DNA of 60,237 nt. It comes from Armatimonadota bacterium (GTDB lineage: Bacteria; Armatimonadota; UBA5829; DTLH01). Where the stretch lies: the NCBI GenBank assembly GCA_038207085.1, contig JBBRAE010000018.1, positions 1-60,237 on the forward strand. The letters run 5' to 3'. Both the position numbers and the translations under genes were made by a program. Below the pieces are notes generated by a model. It had not been told where the DNA came from, did no database searches, and worked only from the letters and a program-made list of their open reading frames with translations. Below are positions 28,039 to 37,555 of the stretch, piece after piece. Position 1 is the stretch's first letter. The number at the start of each line of letters is the position of its first letter.

Positions 28039-29313
28039 ATGCGAACTCGGTTTTGGATCAAACTCTTTTTATTCGTTGCGGCGATCGCCATCTTCGCCTC
28101 CGGCTGCGGCAGGCGCGAGGAGGCCAGGGGCGTCGTCACGCTTCGGCTCGTTTCGTGGGGGAACGAGAAGGAGGAGAAGACGCTTCACAGCCTGATCGCA
28201 AGCTTTGAGCGCGCGCACCCCGGAGTCAAAGTCGATCTGCAGATATCCCCGCACGCCAGGATCCTCGACAAGCTGATGATCTCGACCGCCGGAGGACGTC
28301 CGCCCGACGTCAGTCGCGTGAGCTCAATGTGGTTCGCCCCATGCGCATCAAAAGGCCTCTTTGAGAACCTTGGCCCCTATGCAGAGCGCGACAAATCGTT
28401 TGATCTTGAAGATTTTTACCCACAGGCGATTGAGGGTTGGGGGAAGTATCGGGGCGAGCTCTACGCCATCCCGACCGATATCGATGTCTACGCAATGTAC
28501 TACAACAAGGACCTTTTTGATAAGCGCGGCCTCCCCTACCCCGACTGGTCTTGGGACTGGAACAAGTATCTTTCGGTCGCAAAAAAGTTCGTCCACACCG
28601 ATCGCGACGGCATGCGCGACGGATGGGGGACATCGATCGATCAGTTCTGGCAGAACTACGTTTATCAGAACGGTGGGACGGTGCTCTCGGACGATCTCAA
28701 GCGCTGCACGCTCGGGGAAAAGCCCGCGTATGAGGCGATCCAGTGGGTGAGCGACATGGTGAACAAGTATCACGTCGCCCCATCAGCCGAGGAAAGCGCC
28801 GAGGTCGGATCGCTCAAGCTCTTTGAATCAGGCAAGCTCGCAATGTACATCAGCGGGAGTTGGGCCGCCGAGCTTCAGTTCGCCAAAGACAAAGTCCCCT
28901 TCACCTACGACGTCGCGCCGCTTCCCAAAGGCAAAAAGCGCGTGACGTTCATAGGAGGCGGGGCCTACGCGATGCTCAGCCAGTCCGCACATAAGCGCGA
29001 GGCCTGGGAACTCGTCAAATGGATGAGCGGCAAGGACTACCAGCGGCAGGCGGCGCTCGACTCGCAGATCATCCCCAGCCGCCGCTCAGTCGCCGAGTCC
29101 GGAGCCTACCTCAAACAGAACAAACTCCCCAAAAGCCGCGGCGTGTTCCTTGAGATGATCAAATACGGCCGCGCCGAGCCGCTTGTAGCGGTCACCCCCG
29201 AGATGCGCGAAATGCTGAACGCCGAAATATCGCTTGCTATACTCGGCAAGAAGTCAGCCAAAGACGCCTGCGAAAAAGTCGCGCCGACGATCGATCAATT
29301 GCTGAGAAACTAG
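28039..29313 (+). CDS. Sugar ABC transporter substrate-binding lipoprotein
   Basis: Lipobox FASGC, PPDV, LYAIP...MYYNKDLF, FESGKLAMY and YDVAPLP. Confidence 0.9.
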   Translation: MRTRFWIKLFLFVAAIAIFASGCGRREEARGVVTLRLVSWGNEKEEKTLHSLIASFERAHPGVKVDLQISPHARILDKLMISTAGGRPPDVSRVSSMWFAPCASKGLFENLGPYAERDKSFDLEDFYPQAIEGWGKYRGELYAIPTDIDVYAMYYNKDLFDKRGLPYPDWSWDWNKYLSVAKKFVHTDRDGMRDGWGTSIDQFWQNYVYQNGGTVLSDDLKRCTLGEKPAYEAIQWVSDMVNKYHVAPSAEESAEVGSLKLFESGKLAMYISGSWAAELQFAKDKVPFTYDVAPLPKGKKRVTFIGGGAYAMLSQSAHKREAWELVKWMSGKDYQRQAALDSQIIPSRRSVAESGAYLKQNKLPKSRGVFLEMIKYGRAEPLVAVTPEMREMLNAEISLAILGKKSAKDACEKVAPTIDQLLRN

Positions 29314-29322
29314 TGGAAGCCC

Positions 29323-29398
29323 GTAGGGGCAGACCAATGTGTCTGCCCAAAAACTGTCGGGCGACGGCAAAAGGGCGGACACGCTGGTCCGCCCCTAC
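29323..29398. repeat. Inverted doublet of GTAG-family REPs (family A REPIN)
   Basis: GTAGGGGCAGACCAATGTGTCTGCCC ... GGGCGGACACGCTGGTCCGCCCCTAC. Confidence 0.85.
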
Positions 29399-29453
29399 AA
29401 TCACGTTTTCACAGTTGGCAACCATCCAAGCTAAAAGCTAATAGCTAATAGCT

Positions 29454-30305
29454 CTACTGAGTCTTGACGAAGAACCCACCGTTTGAGATCGGACGGTTCT
29501 GGTCGTTTACATAGACCTCAGTGAAGAAGAGCGACTGCCGCCACACCTTCAGACTAAAGAGTGGCTGCGCGGGGTCTGAGGCAAAGTCAAACCTGGCCTG
29601 CAGGTTCACATACTTAGCCGCGCCGAACCCCTGACGGAAGTAGCACTTGCCCACAATATCGACCGACATTACCGCGCCGTTCGAGCAGTTGAGCCGCACG
29701 CTTTTAAAGTCCGTTGCCCACATCGAGTACGCCGGATACTGGCTCTCGGGCGTCGGGTTTATGTCGACCAAAAACGACCGCAGGTTAGCATACGGAGCGG
29801 CAAGCGTCCCCGTACCGGGCGGGATATAGACCGGGTTCATGTTCCCATATATGAACCCCACCGTCGACCTTGTGGGAATCGGGCCGAGACCCACCTCGCC
29901 GCCGCACGCGATTCCACGGATGTAACGGCTATAGACGGTCATCACGTTTTCAAGGGACATCACCTGTGAGGGATAGTCCTGAGCGACCGCATAAGACCTG
30001 TAGACCCCAGGGGGCCATTCACCAAGAGCCGACGCCGCCCCTGCCGCGTCGCAAACCGCAGGTCCGGCTCCAACGAGCGCACCCCAAAGGGTCACCCCCT
30101 GAAACACGACTGGAAACGGCGGAACCGCCTGACCAAACGCAGGCGGCGGGGTCATAAACACCTGAGAAGAAAGATAGTTGCCTCCGTACGAGCTGAAAAG
30201 CGGTCCCGTATAGACGACACCGGAGAGTCCGGCAAGTGCCAGACCCGGCAGACCCAACAGAAGAATCACGACCAAAACACCAAGCCACACTTTTCGGGCA
30301 TTCAT
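29454..30305 (-). CDS. Secreted hypothetical protein
   Basis: Clear signal peptide (MNARKVWLGVLVVILLLGLPGLALA) and GGAGG RBS; no family recognised. Confidence 0.65.
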   Translation of the reverse strand: MNARKVWLGVLVVILLLGLPGLALAGLSGVVYTGPLFSSYGGNYLSSQVFMTPPPAFGQAVPPFPVVFQGVTLWGALVGAGPAVCDAAGAASALGEWPPGVYRSYAVAQDYPSQVMSLENVMTVYSRYIRGIACGGEVGLGPIPTRSTVGFIYGNMNPVYIPPGTGTLAAPYANLRSFLVDINPTPESQYPAYSMWATDFKSVRLNCSNGAVMSVDIVGKCYFRQGFGAAKYVNLQARFDFASDPAQPLFSLKVWRQSLFFTEVYVNDQNRPISNGGFFVKTQ

Positions 30306-30477
30306 CCTGAATGCCTCCCTTCCTTGCAGTTTTCGACGTATATTGCACAGTTTTCACGCCGTATTGTCGCACTTATACCCAGTTCTAAGAAGCAAGCAAC
30401 GGGTTAGAAAAAGAAACGTTGTTCGGATGTCGGGAACGAGTGATATCATATACTCGTAGTTGTTTGTGGGAGAACTG

Positions 30478-31452
30478 ATGAGCATCAAGAAAACGAGCAA
30501 AATACCCGGGAAGAAGAGCCGGCTTGCACGGAAGGAAGCGATCGAGGGCTACCTCTGTATCGCGCCGTGGATAATCGGGTTCGTCGTGCTTGCGCTCGGG
30601 CCGATGATCTTCTCGCTTGTGATCAGCCTGACCCGCTGGGACATGATCAACCCGCCCAAGTTTGTGGGGCTCGGGAACTATGCGACGATCTTCAGTGACG
30701 ACTTCAGGTTCCGCCAGTCGCTCAAGGTGACCGCGCTCTACGCCGCGCTCAGCCTGCCACTTGGTATGGTGGGTTCGCTCTCGGTCGCCCTGCTTCTTAA
30801 CATGAAGGTGCGGGGGATGCGGTTCTTCCGCTCGGTCTATTACATCCCGGCGATTCTTCCCGGCGCGGCGGTCGCGATGCTCTGGCAGTGGATTCTAAAG
30901 CCCCAGGGAGGTGTCCTGAATTACTTCCTCACCCGCCACATCGTGCCAAGCATCAGCGGAGGCCTGCATTTCGCCCCGCTTTTCACCGACCCGCCGAAGT
31001 GGCTTGCCGACCCGAGCTGGGCGCTTCCATCGTTTGTCATAATGAGCCTGTGGGGAGTCGGCGGAGGAATGATCGTCTACCTCGCAGGGCTGCAAAGCGT
31101 GCCGACGCAGCTCTATGAGTCGGCCGAGATCGACGGCGCGGGCCCCTGGACCAAGTTTCGGGCGATTACGCTTCCGATGATCTCGCCCACGATCTTCTTC
31201 AATCTCGTCATGGGGATCATCGCAAGCTTTCAGGTGTTTACCTCGTCCTACATCATCGCCCCCGGCGGCGGGCCTGGTTACTCGACGCTTTTCTACGTGC
31301 TTTATCTGTATCAGAAGGCGTTCAAATACCTGCAGATGGGTTACGCTTCAGCGCTTGCCTGGATTCTCTTTGCGATAGTTCTCGCGCTCACTCTCGTCGT
31401 CTTTCGCACGTCGGCGAAGTGGGTCTACTATGAGGCGGAGGTCAAGAATTGA
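30478..31452 (+). CDS. Carbohydrate ABC transporter permease
   Basis: FVGLGNY, multiple TM helices, EAA-like LYESAEIDGAG.W.KF..ITLP and GYASALAW. Confidence 0.92.
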   Translation: MSIKKTSKIPGKKSRLARKEAIEGYLCIAPWIIGFVVLALGPMIFSLVISLTRWDMINPPKFVGLGNYATIFSDDFRFRQSLKVTALYAALSLPLGMVGSLSVALLLNMKVRGMRFFRSVYYIPAILPGAAVAMLWQWILKPQGGVLNYFLTRHIVPSISGGLHFAPLFTDPPKWLADPSWALPSFVIMSLWGVGGGMIVYLAGLQSVPTQLYESAEIDGAGPWTKFRAITLPMISPTIFFNLVMGIIASFQVFTSSYIIAPGGGPGYSTLFYVLYLYQKAFKYLQMGYASALAWILFAIVLALTLVVFRTSAKWVYYEAEVKN

Positions 31453-32285
31453 AGGCGTCCCCAAGGCTCAACTTCGGCAAGATCGCAGCCTATGCGGCGC
31501 TCTGTGTGGGGACTGTGCTCGTCTTGATCCCGTTCTTCTGGCTTGTTTCGACCTCGCTCAAGGACCCGGCAAACATATTTCTCGACCCGCCGCAGTGGAT
31601 CCCAAACCCGATCAGGCCCGAGAACTACCAGAAAGCGCTCTCGGTGATGCCTTTTGGGCACTATCTGTTCAACACCTGCAAGATCACGTTTGCCTGCCTC
31701 ATTTTGCAGGTGGCCTCGTGTTCTATCGTCGCCTTTGGCTTTGCGCGGATGCGCTTTCCGGGGCGCAACACGCTCTTTATCGTGCTGCTCTCGACCTTGA
31801 TGCTCCCCGCGCAGGTGACGATGATCCCGCAGTTCAAAATGTGGGCGGGACTTGGCCTCTACGACACGTTTTGGCCGCTTATCCTGCCGTCCGGGTTCGG
31901 GTCGGCGTTTTTCATCTTCCTGCTGCGCCAGTATTTCATGACGATCCCGATCGAGATGGACGAAGCCGCGCGAATCGACGGCGCGGGGACGTTTCAGATC
32001 TGGTGGAAAGTGATCCTCCCCCAAGCGAAACCCGCGCTTGCAACCATCGCGATATTTAGCTTCATGGCCCACTGGAACGACTTTATGGGCCCGCTGATCT
32101 ATCTCTCGGACCCCGGCAAGCGCACCCTCGCACTTGCGCTGTGGGCGTTTCAGGGTCAGTACTCGACCGATTGGCACCTGCTTATGGCCGCATCGACCGT
32201 TGTGATGCTGCCGTTGCTCCTGCTCTTTGTCGTCGCCCAGAAGTATTTCATCCAGGGCGTCGTCATCTCCGGTGTAAAAGGTTAA
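31449..32285 (+). CDS. Carbohydrate ABC transporter permease
   Basis: FARMRFPGR, EAARIDGAG, WNDFMGPLI and QKYFIQG. Confidence 0.92.
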   Translation: MKASPRLNFGKIAAYAALCVGTVLVLIPFFWLVSTSLKDPANIFLDPPQWIPNPIRPENYQKALSVMPFGHYLFNTCKITFACLILQVASCSIVAFGFARMRFPGRNTLFIVLLSTLMLPAQVTMIPQFKMWAGLGLYDTFWPLILPSGFGSAFFIFLLRQYFMTIPIEMDEAARIDGAGTFQIWWKVILPQAKPALATIAIFSFMAHWNDFMGPLIYLSDPGKRTLALALWAFQGQYSTDWHLLMAASTVVMLPLLLLFVVAQKYFIQGVVISGVKG

Positions 32286-32494
32286 AAATACCAAACTCTG
32301 AATGCGAAACAACAGAACGTCAGGCTCAGAAGGTGGCAGGCGAGCTACCGTCTGGAAGCTCCATCAGACGAAAACTCGGGTCGATGCTCATTTTGACGGC
32401 CTCGGGACCCCATTTGGTCACTTGTCCACTTGTCCGCCTGCCGCTTGGGCTGGTATACTCCTTGTGGAATCTCATCAGGAAGGGCTTAACAGAG

Positions 32495-33658
32495 TTGCTG
32501 GACACATCATATTTGAGCGCGCGCACGGAGAACTTCACCGAGTCGGTCATCAGGGAGATGACCCGGCGGATCAATATCGCGGGAGGCGTCAACCTCGCAC
32601 AGGGGTTTCCCGATTTCAACCCGCCCGAGGAGCTGATCGAGGCGGCAATCAGGGCTATGAGGGAGGGCTTTAACCAGTACTCCATAACCTGGGGTAGCCC
32701 GAGGCTGCGGGAAGCGATCTGTGAGAAGGTCCGGTGGTACAACGGAATTGTCGCCGACCCGGACAAGAACGTCACCGTCACCTGCGGGGCGACCGAAGCC
32801 ATGATGGCGACGCTACTTGCTATAATCGACCCCGGCGACGAGGTCGTAATCTTTGAGCCCTACTACGAAAACTACGGGCCGGACACGATCATCTCAGGGG
32901 CAAAACCGGTCTACGTGCCCCTGACCGAGCCGGATTTTACATTCAACCCCGACGACCTGCGCGCGGCGTTCAGCAGCCGTACCAAGGCGATTATCATCAA
33001 CACCCCGCACAACCCATCGGGCAAGGTGTTCAGCCGCGCGGAGCTTGAGCTGATCGCCGAACTCTGCATCAAGCACGATGCGCTCGTCATCACTGACGAA
33101 ATCTACGAGCACATTGTCTACGACGAGGCCCTTCACATCTCCCCCGCCGTGATCCCCGGGCTTGAGGACCGCACCATCACCATAAGCGGGATGAGCAAGA
33201 CCTACTCGGCCACGGGGTGGAGGATCGGGTACATCATAGCCCCCGAAGTGATAGCCGGAGCGATCCGCAAAGTCCACGATTTCCTGACAGTCGGAGCCCC
33301 CGCGCCGCTTCAAGAGGCCGCTGTGACAGCGTTAAAGATGCCTCACGAATACTACGCCAAGCTCGCCGGGTTCTACAAGCACAAGCGAGACATCATAGTC
33401 GAGGAACTAACCAAAGTCGGCTTCGTCCCCTATTCCCCCAAAGGCGCATACTACGTAATGACAGACATTTCAGGCTTCAACGCCGTCGACGACTTCGAGT
33501 TCGCCAAATATTTGGTAGAAGAGATCGGCGTCGCAACGGTGCCCGGGAGCGGGTTCTACTCAAGAAAAGAGCTGGGTCGCAACAAGATCCGCTTCGCCTT
33601 CTGCAAAACCGAGGAAACCCTCAGGGCGGCTATAGAAAGACTTGAGAAGCTGAAGTAA
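32495..33658 (+). CDS. PLP-dependent aminotransferase class I/II
   Basis: NLAQGFPDF, NTPHNPSGKV, TDEIYEH and SKTYSATGWRIG; TTG start inferred. Confidence 0.9.
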   Translation: MLDTSYLSARTENFTESVIREMTRRINIAGGVNLAQGFPDFNPPEELIEAAIRAMREGFNQYSITWGSPRLREAICEKVRWYNGIVADPDKNVTVTCGATEAMMATLLAIIDPGDEVVIFEPYYENYGPDTIISGAKPVYVPLTEPDFTFNPDDLRAAFSSRTKAIIINTPHNPSGKVFSRAELELIAELCIKHDALVITDEIYEHIVYDEALHISPAVIPGLEDRTITISGMSKTYSATGWRIGYIIAPEVIAGAIRKVHDFLTVGAPAPLQEAAVTALKMPHEYYAKLAGFYKHKRDIIVEELTKVGFVPYSPKGAYYVMTDISGFNAVDDFEFAKYLVEEIGVATVPGSGFYSRKELGRNKIRFAFCKTEETLRAAIERLEKLK

Positions 33659-33668
33659 TCGGCAATAC

Positions 33669-33872
33669 GTAGGCAGACCAACGTGCCTGCGTGTATTCGC
33701 CGGGGCAGATCAATGTGCCTGCGTGTATTCCGTAGGGGCAGACCAATGTGTCTGCCCTCTTTCGGAGCACATACACCCTCAGATTAGGCCACTTAGTCGG
33801 AGTGAGAATCGACGTGATTGCCGAGCAACTCTCCGTTGCCGGGGAAGGGCGGACACATTGGTCCGCCGCTAC
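33669..33872. repeat. Cluster of family A REPs: three tandem degenerate units plus an inverted partner
   Basis: ggcagaccaa(c/t)gtg(c/t)ctgc units at ~31-bp spacing, and gggcggacacattggtccgccgctac at 33847. Confidence 0.8.
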
Positions 33873-34714
33873 TTAAGGCCCAAGTGGCGCTCGGCGTTTC
33901 TGCATGAGTGCTCGATTATCTCGGGGCTGTACTGGCATCCCTCGTTGCTTCCGTCGAGGATGTATTTGCGGTCGGTTTTGGCGATCTCTCGGAGCCGCAC
34001 CAGCCGGTTGTTGATCTCTGCAACGTACAGGCGGGCGCTTGACGTCGTGGCGGAGCATCAGCGCCTCCCCATAGACCCTTGAGCGGCGGGCCTCAATGTC
34101 GCTTTCTAGCTTGACGTAGTCGGCAAGTGTCGCGTCTTTGATGGCTTGGGTTTGAGTGATATATCCGGCGTCGGGTTGGACAGAATCGCGACCTCGCAAT
34201 CATCGGGCATCCACACCGAACGGTTCCAGCGCTGGTTCTGCTCATAGCTTGCGCCTGAGTTCATGTTCGTGTGGTATGATGCCCACTCCTTGCCCAGGGT
34301 GGAGATCTCGGTGGCCTGCGCGAGGCGGGAGAAGGCGTAGACTCCGGCCCAGTTCATCGTGCCGACGGCGTGGTTTCGGAAGCGCTCGGTGCGCCCGGCG
34401 CCGAAGGGCTCGTGGCCGAGGTCGAACTCGATCACCTTGTCGATATCTTTCAAATATTCGATCAGCGGGTCGTGCGGGTAGAAGGTCTGCCAGTCGTGCG
34501 GGACGCACGTGATCATAACCGTGAGGTCATCCCCGATCATCTTGACGCCGTCGCGGACGCGCTCAAGATCCTTGGGGTCATAGCAGAACGTGCGCAGGAT
34601 CAGATGCTTGCCGTGAGCATCGCAGGCGGCCTCCACCTCTTGATGGTAGAACACAGGGACAAACCCCGTCTCAAACATTGTCGATAGCACTTCAAGCCTT
34701 CTAAATCCAGCCAT
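33873..34714 (-). pseudogene. Mosaic of gene fragments: KHG/KDPG aldolase N-terminus fused to pieces of an unrelated (possibly glycosidase-like) gene
   Basis: MAGFRRLEVLSTMFETGFVPVFYHQEVEAA resembles the Eda N-terminus and stops after ~30 aa. Then LILRTF..VPHDW..HDPLI..IEFDLG.E and further short, frame-broken pieces follow. Confidence 0.6.
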
Positions 34715-34752
34715 GCTGTGTCAGCCAACTGTCCCCTTGTGGTGCAGCGATA

Positions 34753-36351
34753 CTAAGGCCAAATCGAACGCATTTCGTAGATCGTGAGTTCATCCACGAT
34801 TGTCGTGCCGTAGACATCACCCTGCATCGAGAACGAGTGGTCGGTGGGATCGGGCTGAATGCCGACCGGCATGTACAAGAGGCCGTCATTGCCAAAAATC
34901 TCGAGCGTCGAGCGGTCGCGCAGCAAGCGCAGCTGGAAGCGACCATCCTGGAGTTTCAGTGGCCCCGCGCAGTCGCGGCAGTAGAGCATCTGCTTCACCG
35001 CATTATAGACGACCTTAGTGCCGTGGAGAATAAATGTGATCCGACTAGAGTACCCCGGGGTACACGTCAGCCGAATGTCCAGGCAATCCGGTAAGATATC
35101 TTTGGGAATGACCGTCTGGGCGTCGGGCAGGGCAAGGGCAGTATAGGAGTACTCTGCCCCATGCAGCGCTTCAAGTTCCTGAATGGGGGAAGCACAGAGT
35201 CGTGTCCCATCTAATGTTTGACGCAGTGTCAGGACTACCGGAGAGAGCATACATTGGTTAAACGGCATGCCGGGCGTATGGCTTTGTCCCCAGGTGATTT
35301 GAACGCGCCGACCATCCTCCGCGGGGAGATCATTATAGGTTTGCATCGCATAGTAGATATTGCCATATTGGAAGGGGAGCTTGGGCGAGGTCGGGGTAAA
35401 TGCCTTGCCATCAAAATCCCCGAGTTGGTAGTCACCATCTGCACCGCATAAGACCCAGACCATCTGTGCCTTGTCCCCATCGACCGACAGCGGAAAGATA
35501 TCCGGACACTCGAAGTATCCCGGGGTCCAACTCTGTGCCTGCCAGCACTTCAGATCCGCAGAGGTATAAAAGGCGATTCCAAGCCCGCCGTCACGCACTT
35601 CATAGACCGCCATGACCCAGTGGCCTCCCTCGCCGTACCAGAAGACTTTGGGGTCACGGCTTGACTCTGCATGCGTGAGGACCGGGTTGCCCGCGGCGTA
35701 GGTCCAGGTGCGTCCCCGATCATTGCTATATGCGAGGGCTTCTCCGGACTCTGTATCGGTGAACGCGGCCACCAGTGCAGGCTCGGCGCCGCACTGAAAC
35801 CCCGCGGTGTTATCGTGGTCGACGACGGCGCTTCCCGAGTAGCAGTGCCCTTTGGCCTGGGTCCACGGGTAGAGAGCGACGGGGAGTTCCTGCCAGTGCA
35901 CCAAGTCAGGGCTCACTGCGTGCCCCCAATGCATGTTGTCCCACCCCACACCATACGGGTTGTGCTGGAAGAAAAGGTGGTATTCACCGGCGTAGTAGAC
36001 CAAGCCGTTGGGATCGTTCAGCCACCCACGGCGCGGGCTGAAATGAAACTGCGGGCGCAATTCTTCCTGATAAAGCGTTTCGGCGCCGATAATATCATCC
36101 GTGCAATAAACGGCCTCTAACCCCGGCGCATCCTGGATCTCGGTGTCAACCACGAGTGTCGCAGTCTTCCCCTGCCACTCGCCTACGTCGGTAAAGGCCC
36201 AGAAATCAGGCTCATCACTCGCCAGTTCTATTTAAAACTGGCGTTGGCATTGTTCATCGATTAGCACGCGCACGGTGCATTTGGTTTGCCCAGTTTTGAC
36301 GGGTAAATTGAGGTAGCGTCCACGCAGGACAATATCACGACGTTTCTCCAT
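34753..36351 (-). pseudogene. GH32 levanase/beta-fructofuranosidase with an in-frame nonsense codon in the N-terminal domain
   Basis: RPQFHF, WLNDPNG, WGHAVS, SGS, RDP, FECP and YAMQT motifs. The frame extends to ATG 36351 (MEKRRDIVLRGRYLNLPVK...) with a single TAA at 36232-36234. Confidence 0.85.
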
Positions 36352-36996
36352 CAGAGGTTCCCTTCAGTTAAAAATGTGCAGGTTGTGCTCACTAGCCCGC
36401 TGTATTCGTGAAGCGTATAAAGCTCTCGCTAGCAAAGCATTATTCACGCTCCTCGTGAATAATGCAGGCTAGCGTAGTGATTAGGCTTTCCGGAAGTGGA
36501 GAGGTCGCGCCGGCACTGCAACAGACAAAGGCCGCGACACGACTGGCATGATCATGAACCTGTGCCAGAGGATATCCATGCAATAAGCCCATCGTCATCG
36601 CGGCCGTAAACGCATCGCCAGGCCGATGGTATCGATACAATCGGCCTGGGTTCCGGGATGGACCGAACGTTCGCCGCTACAGAGTAAGATGCTGCCCGCA
36701 TCACCTTTCGTTAAGGCGATCGCCTCCAGGGCATACTGCTCCGCAAGGTTTCCGAGCACGGTATCCTCGTCTCCTGCCAAGCCAAGAAGATCGCACAGCA
36801 CAGGCAACTCGTGTTCGTTCAGCTTCAATATATTCGCAGGCTGCAACGACTCCTCGATGACCCTACGGCCGTAAAAGGCACCGCGCAGATTGATGTCAAA
36901 GACGCGAAGAGCGTCAGGCGGCGGCGCATACAGTAATGCACGAATCGTCCGCCGAGAGAGGGGCGCGCGTTGCGCCAGTGACCCAAAACAGACGTC
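36351..36996 (-). pseudogene. PfkB-family fructokinase, 5'-truncated, frameshifted and MITE-interrupted
   Basis: CFGSLAQR, VFDINLR, LKLNEHEL and LTKGDAGS; DTIG/(A)GDAF is split by a 1-bp deletion near 36620. Confidence 0.8.
36392..36472 (+). mobile_element. CTAG-targeting MITE, full copy with CTAG at both ends, inside the pfkB 3' end
   Basis: CTAGCCCGC...GCAGGCTAG. Confidence 0.85.
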
Positions 36997-37302
36997 GCCT
37001 GCGTTCTTCAATATGCCAAGCGCGCTGCTGAAGTCGAGATAATCCGCGTTCGGCCAGTCTACGGCCTCGGCCTCCTCGACGGTGTGGATGTCGGCAAGCG
37101 GGCCGTCGGGATGCTTGTAGTCACCGGCCATGATCCAGCGGTAGTCGTCGCCGAGTTTGCGGCGCACCGACTCTTGATCGCTCTCACTAAAGTACTCAAG
37201 ATATATAGGCCACGTTTCAGGGTCCGGCATCCCCAGCCAGAAACCGGCTCGGTCGGCGGGCTCACCTGCCAATATGACGCGAATTCTCTCTCTGCTCGTC
37301 AT
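36991..37302 (-). pseudogene. N-terminal fragment of a uroporphyrinogen decarboxylase (URO-D/MtaA-like) family gene fused to the pfkB remnant
   Basis: MTSRERIRVILAGEPADR and PLADIHTVEEAEAVDWPNADYLDFS motifs. Confidence 0.7.
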
Positions 37303-37555
37303 TCCTTTCGACTGTTCTCCCGACAGATGGTAGTATTGGGTCATGATTCGACGCTGGCACAGGTGTTTCCTTCATAAGTGTCGGAACCGGATTGGTGAGC
37401 ATCAGGACGGTTAAATACCACTATTTTCACATTTCGTTAGCTCAGGTATTCCCATATGGACAATACCCTGGTACAATTACGGAAGAGTTGGTTAGGACAT
37501 CAGCCTCTGAGCAAACGTGCTCCACCCACCGATAATATGTAATGGTGATCAGTGC

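Noticed and set aside
32141..32494. 118-aa N-terminal extension of the aminotransferase ORF
   Set aside because: It overlaps the permease and has no domain signal; the family sequence begins near TTG 32495.
33669..33757. Three ~31-bp-period repeats resembling a mini CRISPR array
   Set aside because: The intervening sequences are near-identical rather than unique spacers, the units are family A REPs, and there are no cas genes.
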